Virus record (IMG/VR): IMGVR_UViG_3300027326_000001
Span: 1 to 47,716 of that record
Strand: one strand, 5' to 3'
Origin: a virus
Taxonomy: Duplodnaviria > Caudoviricetes
Length of the DNA stretch: 47,716 nt
Below the pieces are notes generated by a model. It had not been told where the DNA came from. It saw only the letters and a list, made by a program, of their open reading frames with translations, and searched no databases. Made by a program: the position numbers and the translations under genes. Below, piece after piece: positions 16,501-25,779 of this stretch (its first letter is position 1; the number at the start of each line of letters is the position of its first letter).

Positions 16501-16728
16501 ATGACAATATTCACCCATCTTACTGGTGTTGATGATAGATACATATTGACTGAGATACTTTACGTTCTTGGTTTAGTAGAAGATGATAGTCTAGTTTATC
16601 AACATACGCATAGTACCACCTGGATCATGAATGATGGCAAGGCTATTGGTACTATCAAAATATCCCCAGGAAAGATGGTAATAGAACGGAATGAAATACC
16701 CAGTAGACCCAAAGTTAGTTCAGAATAG
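16501..16728 (+). CDS. Hypothetical protein
   Basis: GAGGAG RBS, 75 aa. Confidence 0.7.
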   Translation: MTIFTHLTGVDDRYILTEILYVLGLVEDDSLVYQHTHSTTWIMNDGKAIGTIKISPGKMVIERNEIPSRPKVSSE

Positions 16729-16790
16729 CAGACATCAGAGTATGAAAGAGCTATTAGACGGGAAAGGAAAATCTAAACTCAGGAAATTTT

Positions 16791-17021
16791 ATGAAAACCT
16801 ACGTTCGATTCGAAGAATTTGGAGAATCGGCAAGCGGTCTGACTAAAATTTGGATGGTCAAGAATTCGAATAGTAACTTTACAGTAGGTCGAGTTAAATG
16901 GCAGGCGACTTGGAGGAAATATATATTCGAACCCGCCCCAAATTGCATTTTTGATACGAACTGCCTTAGTGAAATAGTTCAATTTGTCGAATCTAGGATG
17001 GAAGCGCACAATGCCAGATAG
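16791..17021 (+). CDS. Conserved phage hypothetical protein
   Basis: TKIW.V......G.VKW...WRKYIF.P....F...CL.EI pattern. AGGA RBS. Confidence 0.75.
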   Translation: MKTYVRFEEFGESASGLTKIWMVKNSNSNFTVGRVKWQATWRKYIFEPAPNCIFDTNCLSEIVQFVESRMEAHNAR

Positions 17022-19584
17022 ACTAGTTTCGGGAAACGGCGCCGCTGATGCTCAAATCATGATAGTTACGGACTATCCATCTAAGGAAGAATTGAATACA
17101 GGGCGCGCGGGAGAAGGTTATGTTGGTCGAATGATCGGTGGATATCTAAAAGATTGTAGCTACTCACTAGATCGATGTTATAGAACTAATTTCATCAAAA
17201 CCGATTTCTCCCTTCCACGCGCTAAGAATCTTCAAGAAAAAGCACTTCAAGATTGTTACGATAGTTTCAAACCCCAGAGTTTTGGTCAAATTCTAGCTAA
17301 GGAAATCGCTGAGATTAGTCCAAACGTGATTATTAGTGCGGGAGAAATCTCCACAAACTACCTCACCTCTCGTAGAGGAATTCACAAATTACGTGGATCG
17401 ATCCTACCACTAAGTGATGGAGCACGGATCGATGTAGGAACGCCCTCGTTAATTAAACCGAACATTAGAGTAATTCCAATCCTACATCCTCGGGATATTA
17501 CACAAAAGTGGATTCACAATACATACACCGGATTAGACGTAGCACGAGCGGTCAAGCTTAAAACTAGGACCGATCCGATAGAGGAGCCTGGATTACTATG
17601 GATTTGTTGGCATTACAAGGCGTTAGAGAATTGGTGGTCCGATCGGGGACGTAAAGCTAGATTCCTGACGTTAGATATTGAGACGTATTGTAATTTCATC
17701 ACGTGTATCAGTTTCTGTGCGGATGGTAAGGAAGCTCTTTCGATACCTCTAGTGGATAAGAGAACTAATAACTGGGACCGAGCTTTCATACTCCGACTAA
17801 TTTCTCAAATTCTCCGTAGTAATGTCCCTAAGATTAATCAGAACATAGATTTCGACGATTACATTCTTCGTCAATGGGGATTTAATGTCAACAACATCGA
17901 TGGCGATACCATGTTACTCGGGCATACAATTTACCCTGAGTTACCGAAGGGACTGGATTTCTATACATCTATCTATACAGAAATTCCTTATTATAAGGAT
18001 GATGGACGCGATTTTAACCCCCGCGAAGGATGGGATACCCTGTACTATTATAATGCCAAAGACGCCTTATCGGACTGGCTTATTTACGAAGCCCAAGAAA
18101 AAGATGCGCGGGAAACTGGAGTCTGGTTCTTCTATCGAGAGAAAGTTTGGCCACTTTTCAATATCTATAAGAGAATGGACGACCGTGGAATTCTCATCGA
18201 TACAATCGAGCAGCAGACATTACTACGCAAGTATACAGAACTCTTAGAAAAACATCACGATGATCTAGAATACATGGTTGGAGAAAGTCTTAATTTTAAC
18301 GCTCCTAGAGCTATGGCGGATCTAGTTTACACTAAGTTAGGGTATCCCGCCCAATATAAGGTCGATCGTAATACTGGAATCAAGTCACTAACTACGGGCG
18401 AGGAGGTTTTAGAAGATTTAATTCTTAACCAATCTCGGGGCGAGGCAAACGATGCTGTATTGTGGAAGATCCTATGGTGTCGGAAGCTTTACAAGATACG
18501 TAAGTTGATTCTTACGCCATTTCATCCCGATGGTAGAATGCGTACTAACTCTAAACTCACAGGAACTAAGAGTGGTCGTACATCGATGTCCAAGACCATT
18601 GACTATCAGTGGTTCAAGAATACGAAAGATCACCCGCGTTATAAGAAAACTAAGCGTATTGGAGCAATCGTATCCGAGGCACTAGGACTCTCATTTCAAA
18701 CGATCGGTAAGCACGGTTTTAAGATTCAGGAAGACGACGAATACGATGAATCGGACGACTCTATCCAATCATACGAGATTCAAGGAGTTGAAGTAGGTCG
18801 TGATATTAGACGGATGTATATACCCTCTCGTGGCTACACATTCGTAGAAGGCGATGGTGGACAAGCGGAAGCTAGAGTAGTTTGTATGCTAGCGGAAGAT
18901 TGGAATACCTTAGAGGAGATGGAACGACGTGATTTTAAGACAAATCAATTTGGTTTAAAAGACGATCTTCATACTAAGACGGCGATGCTAGTATTAAATA
19001 GGAAATTCGAGGAAATCACGGAAGCGGATCGTCAAGATTTTGGTAAGAAACCACGTCACGCTGGTAACTATGATATGGGTGCAGCGCGTCTTAGTCTAAT
19101 GGCTCATATTAGTATCTCCCTAGCTCAAACGGCACTTACGAGATTTCATTCGGAGAGCCCGGAAATTCGTGAAAACTTCCACTTTTGGGTTCGATCAGTG
19201 GTAACTAATAAGAGAATTCTAGAAAGTCCTCATGGTCGAGTACGACAATTCTTCGATCGCTTAAATAATGAAACTTTTAAACAAGCTTATTCGTTCGTCC
19301 CCCAGGCCACTGTCTCCGATCACATAAAATTCAGCACTATTACACCTTTGGTTCGAAAATGGGAAGAGCCATCCGCTTACTTTCTCTCAGAATCTCACGA
19401 TAGCGCACTTTTCGAAGTTAGAACGGAGATGGTTGACGAATTTTGCGCCGATTTTAAACGATTCGAAGAAACTCCAATCTCCTTCGCTAAGGGTACGTTT
19501 AAGAGAGACAGAGAACTAGTTATCCCAGTAGAAATTAAGACATCCGATGAGAATTGGTTTGATATGAAAAAGAGGAAGGTATGA
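17011..19584 (+). CDS. polA: Family A DNA polymerase with N-terminal uracil-DNA-glycosylase-like domain and 3'-5' exonuclease (start revised to ATG 17011)
   Basis: UDG4-like N-terminus (GNG...IMIV, TN..K, EI..I.P.VI, RG, LHP). Exo motifs LDIET, NIDFD, DTM, YNAKD. Pol motifs TGTKSGRTS, EGDGGQAEAR (A), KKPRHAGNY (B), SHDS (C). Confidence 0.95.
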   Translation: MPDRLVSGNGAADAQIMIVTDYPSKEELNTGRAGEGYVGRMIGGYLKDCSYSLDRCYRTNFIKTDFSLPRAKNLQEKALQDCYDSFKPQSFGQILAKEIAEISPNVIISAGEISTNYLTSRRGIHKLRGSILPLSDGARIDVGTPSLIKPNIRVIPILHPRDITQKWIHNTYTGLDVARAVKLKTRTDPIEEPGLLWICWHYKALENWWSDRGRKARFLTLDIETYCNFITCISFCADGKEALSIPLVDKRTNNWDRAFILRLISQILRSNVPKINQNIDFDDYILRQWGFNVNNIDGDTMLLGHTIYPELPKGLDFYTSIYTEIPYYKDDGRDFNPREGWDTLYYYNAKDALSDWLIYEAQEKDARETGVWFFYREKVWPLFNIYKRMDDRGILIDTIEQQTLLRKYTELLEKHHDDLEYMVGESLNFNAPRAMADLVYTKLGYPAQYKVDRNTGIKSLTTGEEVLEDLILNQSRGEANDAVLWKILWCRKLYKIRKLILTPFHPDGRMRTNSKLTGTKSGRTSMSKTIDYQWFKNTKDHPRYKKTKRIGAIVSEALGLSFQTIGKHGFKIQEDDEYDESDDSIQSYEIQGVEVGRDIRRMYIPSRGYTFVEGDGGQAEARVVCMLAEDWNTLEEMERRDFKTNQFGLKDDLHTKTAMLVLNRKFEEITEADRQDFGKKPRHAGNYDMGAARLSLMAHISISLAQTALTRFHSESPEIRENFHFWVRSVVTNKRILESPHGRVRQFFDRLNNETFKQAYSFVPQATVSDHIKFSTITPLVRKWEEPSAYFLSESHDSALFEVRTEMVDEFCADFKRFEETPISFAKGTFKRDRELVIPVEIKTSDENWFDMKKRKV

Positions 19585-19590
19585 GCGAAG

Positions 19591-19740
19591 ATGAGCGGTA
19601 AGAAATGGAAACTTTGTAAGAAAGGGCATCCGTTAACCGAATCTAACATAGTATTAAAATGGGGAAAAGACTGGCCTGATGGACCTAGAGAGTGTAGAAT
19701 TTGTAAGTACGAAAGGAATAGGAAGTTGAGGAAACGTTAA
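19591..19740 (+). CDS. 49-aa CxxGH...CxxC zinc-finger protein (not in ORF track)
   Basis: MSGKKWKLCKKGHPLTESN...RECRICKYERNRKLRKR*. This module usually appears appended to phage HNH endonucleases. TAATG overlap with the next gene. Confidence 0.75.
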   Translation: MSGKKWKLCKKGHPLTESNIVLKWGKDWPDGPRECRICKYERNRKLRKR

Positions 19741-20093
19741 TGAAAGTATATCTTGCACACAACTTTGAAGCTAGAGATTGGTTGGATACTAAAATTGCAC
19801 ATATAATAAGAAATGCTGGGCATGAGGTAACTAGTAATTGGATATATCAACAATCCGGGATTCCTGAGAAGGATGCCGTTCAAGATTTAGAAGATATCAG
19901 AAGATCCGATGCTCTAATTCTCTACGCGCCGCCATTCGGATACAAACCTGGAAAAGGAAAATATGTAGAATTTGGATTCGCTCTGGCACTAGGAAAGCGT
20001 TGTATTGTAATAGATCCGGATAATTGCATATTTTTCAAACTTTCCAATGTTAGAATCGCGCGGGATATTGAGGAGGCAATTAAGCTAGTATGA
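19740..20093 (+). CDS. Nucleoside 2-deoxyribosyltransferase-like / nucleotide N-hydrolase
   Basis: MKVYLA...DLEDIRRSDALIL...GKYVEFGFALALGK, NDT family consensus including the catalytic Glu. Confidence 0.85.
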   Translation: MKVYLAHNFEARDWLDTKIAHIIRNAGHEVTSNWIYQQSGIPEKDAVQDLEDIRRSDALILYAPPFGYKPGKGKYVEFGFALALGKRCIVIDPDNCIFFKLSNVRIARDIEEAIKLV

Positions 20094-20389
20094 AATTAGA
20101 AATCTGGTGGTCCGATAAGTTAAGGGTCGAATATGATAAGTTTATAGAATTCATCCAATTAATGGCGAATCGTTATCAAGTAGGAGATGCTCGGTATGGT
20201 ATGCCAGCTTATTCGAAATCTTATCTAACTCGACTCAAGAAAGAACTTAGAGCATACGAGAAAGGAGGTAACGTAGAGCATCTAATTAACGCAGCGAATT
20301 ATTGTATTCTGGAAAATATCGCGCCTGAGAACGAATTACACCACTTTAACCCACTCGTAGGATCTGTGACTAGGGGAAAAGCTAAATAA
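20090..20389 (+). CDS. Putative all-alpha dNTP diphosphohydrolase-like protein
   Basis: G..RYG and 'GNVEHLINAANYCIL' resemble DUF5664/dATP-dGTP diphosphohydrolase-like proteins. Function is inferred. Confidence 0.45.
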   Translation: MKLEIWWSDKLRVEYDKFIEFIQLMANRYQVGDARYGMPAYSKSYLTRLKKELRAYEKGGNVEHLINAANYCILENIAPENELHHFNPLVGSVTRGKAK

Positions 20390-20422
20390 CTTTAGAAACT
20401 TAGAAAATGTTAGGGCTGAACA

Positions 20423-21628
20423 TTGAATTTTATAGAGGAATTCCTAAATTGGACTAAAGATTCTGAAAGTCCAGAAAGTTTCTTCTTATGGACAGGATTA
20501 TCAGCTATTAGTGCAGTTATGCGGGATAATTTGTTTCAACAATGGAAGTATGACAAATTATATCCTAATATGTATATTTTAATAGTGGCTCCACCTGCGT
20601 TGGGAAAACGTCTTCCTATGGCTAAAGCAGGTGATTTGATAAAGAAAGTTAAGAATACCAGAATCTTTGAAGGTAGTGCTACGATTCAAGCGGTTATTAA
20701 AGAATTGGGTAATTATTCAACTACTGGACAGAAAGGAGCGTCTTGTATAATATACGCAGAAGAATTCACTTCCTTCCATGTAAAGGATCAGAGTACGAAT
20801 GAACTATTAACCGACTTGTGGGACTACCATCCTACATGGGGTCGATTACTAATTTCATGGCAAGCTCAACTAAAGGGAGTTTGCTTCTCACTAGTAACCG
20901 GATCTAACGAGACTCTACTTAAAGGAGTATTGGATGACCGCGCCATGTTTGGCGGATTTCTAAGTCGTAGCATTTTGGTAATAGAGAACCGAAAGCGAAA
21001 ACGGGATGCGATGTTCAGACCAGCCGGGGCGGATGAATTATCTCATTTTCAAGAAGTAGAAGATAAACTAGCTAAGCATCTAGTAAATCTCTCAAAACTC
21101 AAGGGTTCGATAGTTCCAGACGAAGACGCGATCGTAGAATTCGAACATTGGTACGACGTACAGTGGGAGTATACGGAGAATAATCCAAGAACTAAGACTG
21201 GAATCGAAGGCCGTATGAAGACTCACATCAAAAAGGTAGCTATGGCGCTAGCTATGTGTGAGGAAAACTTAGATTTAGTAATCAGAAAGCGCCACATCGA
21301 AATAGCGATCGAGTTATGTGTAGGATTGTATAAGAACTATCAACTTATGTCACAAGAAAGCGGTAAGAGTCCGTTAGCACATTCCGGCGCGATTCTACTA
21401 AGAATACTTAGTTTGAGTAAGGAATTTCAACTAGCGCGGAAGACAATACTACGAAGGAACGTCGGTGAATTTAGCGTAGAACTACTAGATCAAACGGTAG
21501 CTACTTTGATTGCTGGAGAATTAATATCCGAAGTCAATCAGAGTAACGAGACTTACTATCGTCTAACGCCGTACGCTCTAGAACTTTATGGAATAGCCGT
21601 GGTTAGGAAGGGGAAGTTAGTACAATGA
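20423..21628 (+). CDS. DUF3987-like AAA+ ATPase with C-terminal wHTH; candidate replicative helicase
   Basis: YPNMYILIVAPPALGKR (Walker A variant), YAEEF (Walker B), GGFLSR (Arg finger), lid 'KKVAMAL', C-terminal wHTH. Confidence 0.75.
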   Translation: MNFIEEFLNWTKDSESPESFFLWTGLSAISAVMRDNLFQQWKYDKLYPNMYILIVAPPALGKRLPMAKAGDLIKKVKNTRIFEGSATIQAVIKELGNYSTTGQKGASCIIYAEEFTSFHVKDQSTNELLTDLWDYHPTWGRLLISWQAQLKGVCFSLVTGSNETLLKGVLDDRAMFGGFLSRSILVIENRKRKRDAMFRPAGADELSHFQEVEDKLAKHLVNLSKLKGSIVPDEDAIVEFEHWYDVQWEYTENNPRTKTGIEGRMKTHIKKVAMALAMCEENLDLVIRKRHIEIAIELCVGLYKNYQLMSQESGKSPLAHSGAILLRILSLSKEFQLARKTILRRNVGEFSVELLDQTVATLIAGELISEVNQSNETYYRLTPYALELYGIAVVRKGKLVQ

Positions 21629-21855
21629 CTAAGATTACTATAAAAACAGAGCCAATAACAGAAGCACAAGTAAAATATATTATAATTCTACTTGACGACT
21701 GCGGATTTAATCTCACTCAAGCGCATAGTTGGTTAGGAGCAGAGTTTGGTACTAAAGACTTGTATAAGTTAACTAGTAGTCAAGGTAGTTCAGCTATTAC
21801 TTATCTTAAAAACTTAAAACAACAAAGGAAGATAACTGAGGAAGATGAGGACTAA
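21625..21855 (+). CDS. Small helical protein
   Basis: PITEAQVKYI...LTSSQGSSAITYL (T..Q..Y / LT..QAS..I..L pattern). Confidence 0.7.
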   Translation: MTKITIKTEPITEAQVKYIIILLDDCGFNLTQAHSWLGAEFGTKDLYKLTSSQGSSAITYLKNLKQQRKITEEDED

Positions 21856-22087
21856 AATGCCCAATTTTATAAACGAGTTATTAAAACGTAGTCACTGTAG
21901 TGAGAGCGGTAATACGTGTAGGATCTATCGTGTAGCGGAGCGGACAGTAGAAATTAGTTGGAATAAGGTTCCATCAGATGCCGATATTGATGAGATTACG
22001 AAATTTCTATTCCTCGCTACGGGACTAAATTTGAAAATCAACTGGGAGATTAATAGGGGAATACTTATTAATCATGGTACGCTATGA
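21845..22087 (+). CDS. Hypothetical protein
   Basis: Overlaps its neighbours in the operon. Confidence 0.6.
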   Translation: MRTKMPNFINELLKRSHCSESGNTCRIYRVAERTVEISWNKVPSDADIDEITKFLFLATGLNLKINWEINRGILINHGTL

Positions 22088-22368
22088 TATACATGGATTC
22101 TCCATTTAAAGTAGCCTTAGATCACTATAATGCACCTAGAATATTTAAAGGAAGACTTTCGGCTCATTTAACAGCGGATACAGAAGAAGAATTAGTAGAA
22201 TATGCTAGGTCTATTGGAATGAGTAAAAGCTGGCTACAAGATAGTGGAACGTATAGATTTCATTTCGATGTGACTGGGAAATTTCTTGATCGAGTTATGT
22301 CTGATTCTAGAGTTAAATTTTTAGAACCAAAAGATTTTGCTAGGTTACTTCTATCTAGAAAAGTCTAG
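22084..22368 (+). CDS. DUF4031-family protein
   Basis: IYMD...SAHLTADTEEELVEYARSIGM...WLQ......HFDVT. Confidence 0.85.
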   Translation: MIYMDSPFKVALDHYNAPRIFKGRLSAHLTADTEEELVEYARSIGMSKSWLQDSGTYRFHFDVTGKFLDRVMSDSRVKFLEPKDFARLLLSRKV

Positions 22369-22378
22369 ATTACTATGA

Positions 22379-24436
22379 CTACTTATTAGCAATATCCTCT
22401 AGTATCTTGATTGATCCGTTATCACTAATGGTAGCGCGACGTTCTTCGGTTCCGACTCCTAGTGAGACTTCTATTCCACGAAGTCCACGAAGTAGAAGTT
22501 TGCTAGCAGCCTGAGCTTCCGCGGAGTCTGGTCTAATTTTAATAAGACGAGAAGCGATATCAGTTAGTGGTTTAGAATCCTTCACCGCTTCCATTAGTTG
22601 AATCCCACTAATAGCCACGCGCGCCGGAAGATTAATCCCGCTAATAGCTTTAGTCGCAGCGATTCCTAGATTAATCACAAATTTACCATTAATGAAGTTA
22701 AGACTAGTATTACTATTAGCTTCACCCATAGTCTTGGACGCGCGCGCGAATCTGAGAACATTATTACGCTCGTCTGCGTTTAATATGACTCGGGAGACGG
22801 AATTGGGATTCTCCAAATCATCAATAATATTCTGCGGGTTAAATTTAGAGTAGTTTTGTCCGAAACCCTTATCCATCAGAACGTTATCGAAGTAGTCTCC
22901 TTTAATATAGGATTCATTCCCTTTCCCCATAGCTTTCATTAAACGTTCCGCTTTTTCTGGAGATTTATACGCATCTTTAAAAACGCGAGATGGATCACCT
23001 TCTAAGCGTTTGTCTAACTGACCACGTTCGTATGTTCCATAAAGTTTCCTATCAATTTCTTTAGTAAAAGTACTTTTCTTGAATTCAGTAGCCTTATTAG
23101 CTACAGCTAAAGCTCTTTCGGCAGCGGGTCCATTCTTCCAAAGTGTAGCTATTGATAAATCGATATCTTCCCCAAGCGATTCAGCTATTTTCTTTAATTG
23201 GGCTTCGGGAAAGTTAGGAGTGGGCTTGCCACTAACTAGACGATTTATATCGGTACGAACATCTTTTAAAGTCTCCCATTCTTTGACTGGAATTTGAACA
23301 GGGTGACCATTTTTATCAACGCTCTCGAATGGAGTAGCTAAATCTTTCATTGTAGCGTAGAGTTTAGCATACTTAGTTTGCATCATGGGTGGAAGTTGTT
23401 GAAACGTCTCACCTTTCATGAATTCATCTAATTTAGGAAGTACTTTTCCGGCTAACTGAAGAGTGTTAGGAGTATAGATCGGACCTTTAACTTCAACATG
23501 TTCAATCTTAGGAACTAATCTAGCTTGTCCAGTATTTGGATCGATATCATTAATATTGCCTTCTTCGAATCCAACTAGTTTCGGAACGGTTTCAGTATTG
23601 GGCTTAACGTGAGTATCACGGAAAGTATCCCAGGCTTTCTTTTCGATAGCCTCAGCTTGTCCAAGATGACCACGAATAGCTTTCTGAGCTCCCTTACCGT
23701 ATTCTACAGTTGACTTAGATGGAATTCCCTCCGCTTTGGGAGGTCCAGGACTAACTATCTGTTCACGAGTTTGACCAGCTACGCTCTCTAAGCGTTCAGG
23801 TGGTAATTCTCCACGCTTATTAATACGATTAGATATCTTCTGACCAGCTACATTACCTGCTAAATTAAGACCAAAATCAGCTAATAGATCGATCGTCTGA
23901 GATCCGAAACTTTCCTCCGGTTGTGATTTCGATTCAGGATGCTGTAACTCATAGAGTCCCTTATTAGCCTCGCTAGCTCCTTTATTAAGGAGAGTATTAA
24001 CGGCAGCGGGTCCAATAATACCAGGCATACCGCCAGTCATTTTAGCTCCACCATATGCAGCGCCACCAGTAATTATAGCATCACGTAGAGCATCAATGTT
24101 ACTACCACCTTGGATGAATGTATTAAGTCCGGCTCCTAATCCTGATCCTATAGCAGTTCCACCAGGACCAAATGGAGTACCAGCTATTCCACCAATTACT
24201 GGTAATGCATTCGCTCCAGTTTTGAGTATTGAACCTTCTTCTTTCTGGAACTTACCTTCTAATTCAGGTCCGATATCCACCCTTTGTGTGGGATTAGTAA
24301 GACCCGTAAGAGAGGTATCCCCGAATTCTCTGAATCTACTAGGGATCGGCGCGGTTCCACTAACGGACGAAGTTGGAGTGGTAGATTTCTTATCACTATC
24401 ACCGGATCCGAATTCTCTAAATTTGCTGTCTGCCAT
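22379..24436 (-). CDS. Large ejection (internal virion/DNA transfer) protein
   Basis: 685 aa, Gly/Ala-rich hydrophobic segment (IGGIAGTPFGPGGTAIGSGLGAGL). Last gene of the late arm. Confidence 0.7.
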   Translation of the reverse strand: MADSKFREFGSGDSDKKSTTPTSSVSGTAPIPSRFREFGDTSLTGLTNPTQRVDIGPELEGKFQKEEGSILKTGANALPVIGGIAGTPFGPGGTAIGSGLGAGLNTFIQGGSNIDALRDAIITGGAAYGGAKMTGGMPGIIGPAAVNTLLNKGASEANKGLYELQHPESKSQPEESFGSQTIDLLADFGLNLAGNVAGQKISNRINKRGELPPERLESVAGQTREQIVSPGPPKAEGIPSKSTVEYGKGAQKAIRGHLGQAEAIEKKAWDTFRDTHVKPNTETVPKLVGFEEGNINDIDPNTGQARLVPKIEHVEVKGPIYTPNTLQLAGKVLPKLDEFMKGETFQQLPPMMQTKYAKLYATMKDLATPFESVDKNGHPVQIPVKEWETLKDVRTDINRLVSGKPTPNFPEAQLKKIAESLGEDIDLSIATLWKNGPAAERALAVANKATEFKKSTFTKEIDRKLYGTYERGQLDKRLEGDPSRVFKDAYKSPEKAERLMKAMGKGNESYIKGDYFDNVLMDKGFGQNYSKFNPQNIIDDLENPNSVSRVILNADERNNVLRFARASKTMGEANSNTSLNFINGKFVINLGIAATKAISGINLPARVAISGIQLMEAVKDSKPLTDIASRLIKIRPDSAEAQAASKLLLRGLRGIEVSLGVGTEERRATISDNGSIKILEDIANK

Positions 24437-24438
24437 AA

Positions 24439-25779
24439 TTATTCATCCAATCCCTTATATCTACCAGCCTTGGAATCAAAATAGGCCCACTCACCATCAT
24501 TACTTTGTATAAATAACTTATCTTTCTTACCCTTGTAGGTAATTTCTTTATTAAAATCTCTTGGATCGAATTCGTATTTCTTAAGATTAAGAAGTTTTTG
24601 TTTAGGACCCTGACCACCTAATATTACGTCCAATGCTTTAGTACGATAATTTGCTAAGAAGAATTCTAATCGCTCGTTAGCTTGTTTTACAGTAATCCCA
24701 GGTTCCACAATAAGATTAGTAGCTCGTTTAATGTCATCTTCCGTAAGACGTCCAGATTCACCACCTAAAATTTTAGCAATATTTCCGCTAACTCCTCTGA
24801 GAATTCCACGTAGATTCTCAACATCAGTGGTAGGAACTTTAGCTAAAATACGATCCTTTCCTGCTCCTACGTTAGTAGTAGGAAGTTTAGTTAACACACC
24901 ATGCATCTTTTCAACGAGAGGATCTAGTATTTTAAGTTCCTTTAACTTATTAGCTCCAGGGGCTAGAAATTCCTGATATCCCGCCGCTTGTAAGTGCTGT
25001 TTTTGTAGTAGATCTGCCTTACTACTACCAAGCGGTTTAGTATCCCCTCCAGTAGCACGACTTAAAATCAAACCAGCCCATGCATCTGGATCAGAAATAC
25101 CGCCCATCTGATTGATACGAGCTACGTCTTTCTGATATCCGCCATGAATATTAGCGATTGCTTTATTACCCTCTATAGTTTTAGATATCTGCTCTAATTC
25201 TTGTCTCCCTTTAAGATGTAACTGTTCCAGCGTATTAGCTTGTTGTTGAGCTAATTTAGCAGTCTCCGCGTCCATTTCGGCTTGACGCTTAATTTTCTCG
25301 AATGGACTTAACGCAGATTGTTGAGCAGTAGTAACTAATCCAGCGGTCGAAGCTTGAACCGCGCCGAGTTTTCGCGCCCGCTCAGCTTCTAAAGCTTGCA
25401 TTTCTTCGGGCGATCTAAATTGTCTTGGATCGATAGTTTGATCACCGAATTGAATACCATCCACTGGAGACGAACTAGCTTGTTCCTGAGTCTTAGGCTT
25501 CATAGCTCCACTACTCATCATTTCTGCGATCGTTTGATGAGCTTTTAGAACATTAGAAGCTTTCTCCATTTGGAGTTGTTGCTTATGAATATCTAACTGA
25601 GACTCACGATGTTTAGTTTCGGCCTCTAAGTTAGCTATATAAGCAGAAAGCTGTTGTTGGGCGCGCTCGCCTTCCTGCTTCTTTAATTCGTTAGTGAATT
25701 GCTGTTGTTGAGCTTCGCGCTTCTCTTCACTGCCCTTAATATAAGCGGCGAGAATAGGATTATCTAGATTTAGTGGCAT
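24439..25779 (-). CDS. Ejection protein (coiled-coil)
   Basis: Gln/Ala-rich helical protein with 'GESGRLTEDDI'. Second of three terminal genes. Confidence 0.7.
   Translation of the reverse strand: MPLNLDNPILAAYIKGSEEKREAQQQQFTNELKKQEGERAQQQLSAYIANLEAETKHRESQLDIHKQQLQMEKASNVLKAHQTIAEMMSSGAMKPKTQEQASSSPVDGIQFGDQTIDPRQFRSPEEMQALEAERARKLGAVQASTAGLVTTAQQSALSPFEKIKRQAEMDAETAKLAQQQANTLEQLHLKGRQELEQISKTIEGNKAIANIHGGYQKDVARINQMGGISDPDAWAGLILSRATGGDTKPLGSSKADLLQKQHLQAAGYQEFLAPGANKLKELKILDPLVEKMHGVLTKLPTTNVGAGKDRILAKVPTTDVENLRGILRGVSGNIAKILGGESGRLTEDDIKRATNLIVEPGITVKQANERLEFFLANYRTKALDVILGGQGPKQKLLNLKKYEFDPRDFNKEITYKGKKDKLFIQSNDGEWAYFDSKAGRYKGLDE

Noticed and set aside
16984-17010. ORF-track TTG start of the polymerase at 16984
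   Set aside because: ATG 17011 gives a typical short overlap with the upstream gene and begins right at the UDG-like domain.
19591-19740. HNH homing endonuclease or intron at the end of polA
   Set aside because: Only the CxxGH-CxxC zinc module is present, with no HNH catalytic core, and the polA frame is uninterrupted.
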